64,000 bases of DNA from a bacterium (GTDB lineage: Bacteria > Zhuqueibacterota > Zhuqueibacteria > Residuimicrobiales > Krinioviventaceae): the NCBI GenBank assembly GCA_963674595.2, contig CAXXFV010000016.1, positions 256,001 through 320,000 on the forward strand. Reading direction: 5' to 3'. This document shows, piece by piece, positions 59,939 through 64,000 of the stretch; the first letter of the stretch is position 1, and the number at the start of each line of letters is the position of its first letter. Made by a program: the position numbers and the translations under genes. Below the pieces are notes generated by a model that was not told where the DNA came from, searched no databases, and worked only from the letters and a program-made list of their open reading frames with translations.

Positions 59939-61134
59939 TTTTTTCTCACTTGTTGAATTGCTTTCACAAATTTAGATACAGCCATATCAATGTGCTGTTT
60001 TTCGATAATTAAAGGAGGTAAAAAACGTGCCGTATTATTGCCTGCTTTACAAATTAACAATCGCTGATTTAAACATTCTTTAATAATGTTCTGCGGATCA
60101 AAAGAAAATTCAACGCCCAGCATAAGTCCTGTGCCTCTGACCTCTTTGATTTCCGGATAATCAGTTTTAAGCTGTTCCAGTGATGTTTTTAAATACGCAC
60201 CCATTTCTTTTACATTTTTTAAAAAGGCCGGTTCAGAAATTATCTGGATGACTTTTTCGGCAACGGCCGTTATCAGGGGGCCTCCGCCGAATGTTGAGCC
60301 GTGGTTCCCGGGCTCTATGTATTGTGCGGCTTTATTATTCATTAAAATTGCTCCTATAGGTAAACCGCCGGCGAGTGGTTTTGCTATGGTCATAATATCG
60401 GGTTGAATATTATATTGTTCATAGGCGCAAAATGTACCTGTTCGCCCGATACCGCACTGGATCTCATCAAAAATTAATAAACAATTAAACTCGTCGCATA
60501 ATTTTTTCAATTCGACAAGAAAATCTTTATCTGCTGCAAAGATACCGCTTTCACCCTGTATGGGTTCGATAAGAACAGCACAGGTATCATCACTAATCAA
60601 ATTTCGCACAGAATCAATATCATTAAACTCGGCAAAGTTAAAGCCGGGAACGATTGGATGGAACCCTTCCCAGAATTTTGGTTGTCCGGTGGCGGATACA
60701 GCCGCATAGGTTCTGCCGTGAAAAGAGTTTCTAAAAGTGATAATGTTTGATGCTTTTTCACCTTTTGTTTTATATCCCCATTTACGGGCGATTTTGATGG
60801 CCCCTTCCATTGCTTCTGCGCCGCTGTTACTGAAAAAAACTTTGTCGGCAAAGGTATGTTTAACCAATAGTTCTGCTGTTTTAATTTGCGGCTCATTATG
60901 GTATAAATTGGAACAATGCCATAGTTTGTCCGCTTGTTTTTTTAAAGTATCTGTTAATACAGGGTGTTGATATCCCAAAGCGTTTACGGCAATTCCGGCA
61001 ACACAGTCGAGATATTCGTTTCCCTCTTTGTCATACAAAAAGACACCTTTGCCGTGGTCCAGAACAAATTCCGGTCTGCTATAGGTGTTTAAAAGTACGC
61101 CTTGCGCTAATTTATTTATTTCAATTGAATTCAT
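59935..61134 (-). CDS. argD: Acetylornithine aminotransferase
   Basis: GIAVNALG, NSGAEA, SFHGRT, EPIQGE, DEIQCG, AKPL. Confidence 0.92.
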   Translation of the reverse strand: MNSIEINKLAQGVLLNTYSRPEFVLDHGKGVFLYDKEGNEYLDCVAGIAVNALGYQHPVLTDTLKKQADKLWHCSNLYHNEPQIKTAELLVKHTFADKVFFSNSGAEAMEGAIKIARKWGYKTKGEKASNIITFRNSFHGRTYAAVSATGQPKFWEGFHPIVPGFNFAEFNDIDSVRNLISDDTCAVLIEPIQGESGIFAADKDFLVELKKLCDEFNCLLIFDEIQCGIGRTGTFCAYEQYNIQPDIMTIAKPLAGGLPIGAILMNNKAAQYIEPGNHGSTFGGGPLITAVAEKVIQIISEPAFLKNVKEMGAYLKTSLEQLKTDYPEIKEVRGTGLMLGVEFSFDPQNIIKECLNQRLLICKAGNNTARFLPPLIIEKQHIDMAVSKFVKAIQQVRKK

Positions 61135-61137
61135 TTA

Positions 61138-61911
61138 TTATTCCTTAATCATTGTTCCGTTTTCCGGTGGTTTTTCCAACAGATTTGTCAATGTGTTTTC
61201 ATTTTGCCATTGGGCAATATAAACCCGTTTTACACCGTCTTTTATTGCCTTAAAGATGGATTCCATTTTTGCAACCATACCATCTTTAATAATTCCCTGT
61301 TGAATCAGTTCCTTGCCTTCGGAAATTGTCAACTGCGATAATGTTTTGTCACCGGATTTGACGCCGGGAACGTCCGTAAAGTAAACCAGATCGGTACATT
61401 GCGCAGCAACAGCAACGGCTGCGGCTGCCGTATCTGCATTGACGTTATAGGATTGTCCTATTTCATTTGTGGAGACCGGTGAAATGACGGCCACTTTATC
61501 CTTTATGATTTTTGTCAAATGTTCGGCATTTACCTGTTTTATTTGCCCGACAAAACCATAGTCTTTATTGTTTTTACGATAAGGTTCCACAATAATCATG
61601 TTGTCTGTTTTACCGGACATTCGTTCCGTTGTAACACCGTATTTTTCCAGGAAATCAGCAATTCGTTTGTTCACTGTGTTGGAAAGGACATCTTCCACAA
61701 TTTCCATATCCTCGGCGCGGGTGGCACGGATACCGTCAATAAATTCAAAAGGGCGGTCCGCTGCTTTTAACGCATTTGAAATCTCTACGCCGCCGCCGTG
61801 AACGATAATGAACTGGGAATCCGGCATGTTTTGAATAGCAGTTGCCAGTTCTTTAAATCCCTGTTCTCCTTCCAAGGCACGTCCGCCGATTTTTATTAAT
61901 ACTCTTTTCAT
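61138..61911 (-). CDS. argB: Acetylglutamate kinase
   Basis: KIGG, VHGGG, GFVG, NVNAD, TDVPGV, GMVAK. Confidence 0.92.
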   Translation of the reverse strand: MKRVLIKIGGRALEGEQGFKELATAIQNMPDSQFIIVHGGGVEISNALKAADRPFEFIDGIRATRAEDMEIVEDVLSNTVNKRIADFLEKYGVTTERMSGKTDNMIIVEPYRKNNKDYGFVGQIKQVNAEHLTKIIKDKVAVISPVSTNEIGQSYNVNADTAAAAVAVAAQCTDLVYFTDVPGVKSGDKTLSQLTISEGKELIQQGIIKDGMVAKMESIFKAIKDGVKRVYIAQWQNENTLTNLLEKPPENGTMIKE

Positions 61912-62933
61912 CAGGCTATTCCTGCCGTTTCTTCAAATCCGAGCATGATATTCATGTTTTGTACGGCCTGCCAACTGGCGCCTTTGCCGATGTTATCAAT
62001 GGCCGAAAATAATATAACCGTGTTGGTGTCGGGCACAGCGGCGGCGCTTATAAAACAAAAGTTTTTATTAGCCGGCATTTTAGCTGACGGCGGTTGATTT
62101 TCCAGTACCTGAACAAAGGGTTCGTTTTGATAGGCTTTTGTTAATATGTCCAAAACCTGTTGTGTCGATTGGCTGGTTTTTGTTTTGACATAAATTGTCG
62201 AAAACAGTCCTCTGCTTATTGGTGTCAGATGCGGGGTGAAAATGACGTTCAATTTTTCATTTCCGAACTTGAACAACTGGTCTTCCATTTCACCAACATG
62301 CCTGTGGACCCGGCCAAATTTATAGGGCGTCAGGTTTTCATTGGCTTCCACATAATGTGTCATTTTAGTTGGTGATTTTCCTGCACCGGAAACACCTGAT
62401 TTTGCATCGACTATAACCGGGTCTTGTGTTAAAAGTCCGGCTTTTGCCAAAGGAATCGTTGCCAGCAATACGCTCGTCGGATAACATCCGGGATTCCCTA
62501 TAATATCAGCCATTTTAATTTTTTCTCTGTTCCATTCCGGTAATCCGTATGCTGCGTTTTGCAATAATTCCGGATCGGCATGGTCCATTGCATACCATTT
62601 TTTATATTCTTGCGGATCGTCAAAACGAAAATCTGCTCCGAGGTCGACAACTTTACAGGATTTGGAAAAAACCTGGGCCCACTTTACAGACTCTCCTGCG
62701 GGAAGGCATAGAAAAACAAGGTCGACCTTTTCATTCGCAGAATCATTGACGGATTGAAATTTCATATTCTTATAATAGGGCAAAGAAGGAAAAATGTCCG
62801 TTACGTTTTTTCCTGCTTCGCTTTCTGATGTAACAAAAGAAACATCGGCATTGGGGTGCCAGGCAAGAATCCTTAAAAGTTCTTCACCGGTATAACCTGT
62901 CGCACCGATAATACCAATTTGTTTTTTATTCAT
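61911..62933 (-). CDS. argC: N-acetyl-gamma-glutamyl-phosphate reductase
   Basis: GATGYTG, YGLPE, NPGCYPT, SGVSGAG, DNIGKGA. Confidence 0.95.
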   Translation of the reverse strand: MNKKQIGIIGATGYTGEELLRILAWHPNADVSFVTSESEAGKNVTDIFPSLPYYKNMKFQSVNDSANEKVDLVFLCLPAGESVKWAQVFSKSCKVVDLGADFRFDDPQEYKKWYAMDHADPELLQNAAYGLPEWNREKIKMADIIGNPGCYPTSVLLATIPLAKAGLLTQDPVIVDAKSGVSGAGKSPTKMTHYVEANENLTPYKFGRVHRHVGEMEDQLFKFGNEKLNVIFTPHLTPISRGLFSTIYVKTKTSQSTQQVLDILTKAYQNEPFVQVLENQPPSAKMPANKNFCFISAAAVPDTNTVILFSAIDNIGKGASWQAVQNMNIMLGFEETAGIA

Positions 62934-62950
62934 ATTAAAAAATCCATAAT

Positions 62951-63799
62951 CTATTTGTTATTGTTGATAATACTGTTTTTCTCCAAAAGATGAGAAAGTT
63001 CTTTTGACTTGTTTGTTGCTGTTTCAACTGCGCGAATAAGCATGGGACGAAGACCGCTTGATTCCAACTCTTTAATGGCTGAAATAGCGGTTCCGCCGGG
63101 CGTGGTAACCTGGTCTTTTAAAACGGCCGGGTGAACGCCCGTTTCACGGACCAGCTTGGCTGAGCCGAGAACCGTCTGTGTGGCCAAACGTGTCGCAACA
63201 TCTCTGGGTAAACCCATCATAACGCCGCCGTCTGTTAATGCTTCAATAATCATATAAATATAGGCGGGACCACTGCCGCTCAATCCGGTGATAATGTCCA
63301 TTTGGTATTCGTTTACAACTTCAACTTCGCCGACTGCTTTAAAAATTTGAATGGCTAATTGTTTGTGTATTTCTGTGGCAAACTCTCCCAGACAAATTCC
63401 GGACGCACCTTCGTCAACCACAGCCGGAATGTTGGGCATAACCCGAACGATCGGATTGTTTTTTTCAAGCGCTTTGTTATAGGTTTTTGTTGTAATACCG
63501 GCAAGAATTGAAATAAGTAATTGCTCAGAGTTTAATTCCTTTTTAATCTCCGATAACACATCACCAATTGTTTGCGGTTTTACACATATAAGAATAATAT
63601 CGGCATTTTTTACGGCCTTTTTGTTATCGCTTGTTATATTTACGCCCCATTTTTTTTGAATATATTCAAGGCGCTCTTCACGAATGTCTGTTGAAATAAT
63701 ATTTTCAGGATTTGTTAACTTTGATTTTAGGAGACCTCCTAAAAGGGCCTCAGCCATGTTTCCGGTTCCGATAAAGGCAATTTTTTTACTAAATAACAC
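62951..63799 (-). CDS. proC: Pyrroline-5-carboxylate reductase
   Basis: GTGNM, VKPQ, RVMPN, LSGSGPAY, VTTPGGT. Confidence 0.95.
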   Translation of the reverse strand: MLFSKKIAFIGTGNMAEALLGGLLKSKLTNPENIISTDIREERLEYIQKKWGVNITSDNKKAVKNADIILICVKPQTIGDVLSEIKKELNSEQLLISILAGITTKTYNKALEKNNPIVRVMPNIPAVVDEGASGICLGEFATEIHKQLAIQIFKAVGEVEVVNEYQMDIITGLSGSGPAYIYMIIEALTDGGVMMGLPRDVATRLATQTVLGSAKLVRETGVHPAVLKDQVTTPGGTAISAIKELESSGLRPMLIRAVETATNKSKELSHLLEKNSIINNNK

Positions 63800-63808
63800 G
63801 TTAATCTC

Positions 63809-64000
63809 CTAAGTTGTATATTCCGCATTTATTTTTACGTAATCGTATGTCAGGTCACAGGTGTATACGGTTGCTTCAGCACTGCCTGAACCCAGTGATA
63901 CGTTAATTTCGATTTCTTTATTTTTTAATGCAGCAAACATTTTTTCTTTATCATATTTTATCGCCTGGCCGTTGTCGGCAACAGGAATGCCCGCAAATGT
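63809..64000 (-). CDS. argJ: Ornithine acetyltransferase, 3' end (truncated by window edge)
   Basis: Reads ...TVYTCDLTYDYVKINAEYTT*, the ArgJ C-terminal signature; absent from the ORF track. Confidence 0.9.
   Translation of the reverse strand, partial: TFAGIPVADNGQAIKYDKEKMFAALKNKEIEINVSLGSGSAEATVYTCDLTYDYVKINAEYTT

Noticed and set aside
1-64000. Many 60-160 aa antisense or overlapping ORFs in the track; rRNA and tRNA genes
   Set aside because: The ORFs are shadows of well-supported genes with no motifs; no tRNA or rRNA signature was seen in intergenic regions

Overview
Low-GC (roughly 35-40% by eye) bacterial chromosomal segment. A secreted protein with an NYPNPFNP C-terminal sorting domain, TonB systems and several URO-D paralogues suggest an FCB-like anaerobe such as KSB1 or Calditrichota (inference). 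The window runs from the 3' end of leuD through a znuACB metal-uptake operon extended by a small leader ORF, a lipoprotein and a TonB receptor. It continues with an FG-GAP/ASPIC protein, three URO-D-family genes, an SSS transporter with heparinase II/III, a SpoU-MarR fusion, NADH oxidase, DUF432-MscS, a membrane AraC with a TonB receptor, and a sigma54 two-component system upstream of tonB. Next come an IS3 element, cyclophilin with a radical SAM gene, ArsR-DUF2087/GIY-YIG, a complete trp operon with an attenuator, ZIP, GH20, a selenium/sulfur-relay trio and tandem arylsulfotransferase-like genes. The last part holds an internally deleted ABC permease, nhaA, lipid genes and an arg operon containing proC. 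Top candidates for new biology: (1) a His-rich RGPP ribosome-arrest leader whose Pro-Pro codons base-pair with the Shine-Dalgarno of the downstream lipoprotein/TonB-receptor genes; (2) a trp attenuator with two tandem terminators linked by a base-pairing relay; (3) SpoU-MarR and radical SAM-PolX 8-kDa domain fusions. All calls come from reading motifs by eye; no searches or folding programs were run.
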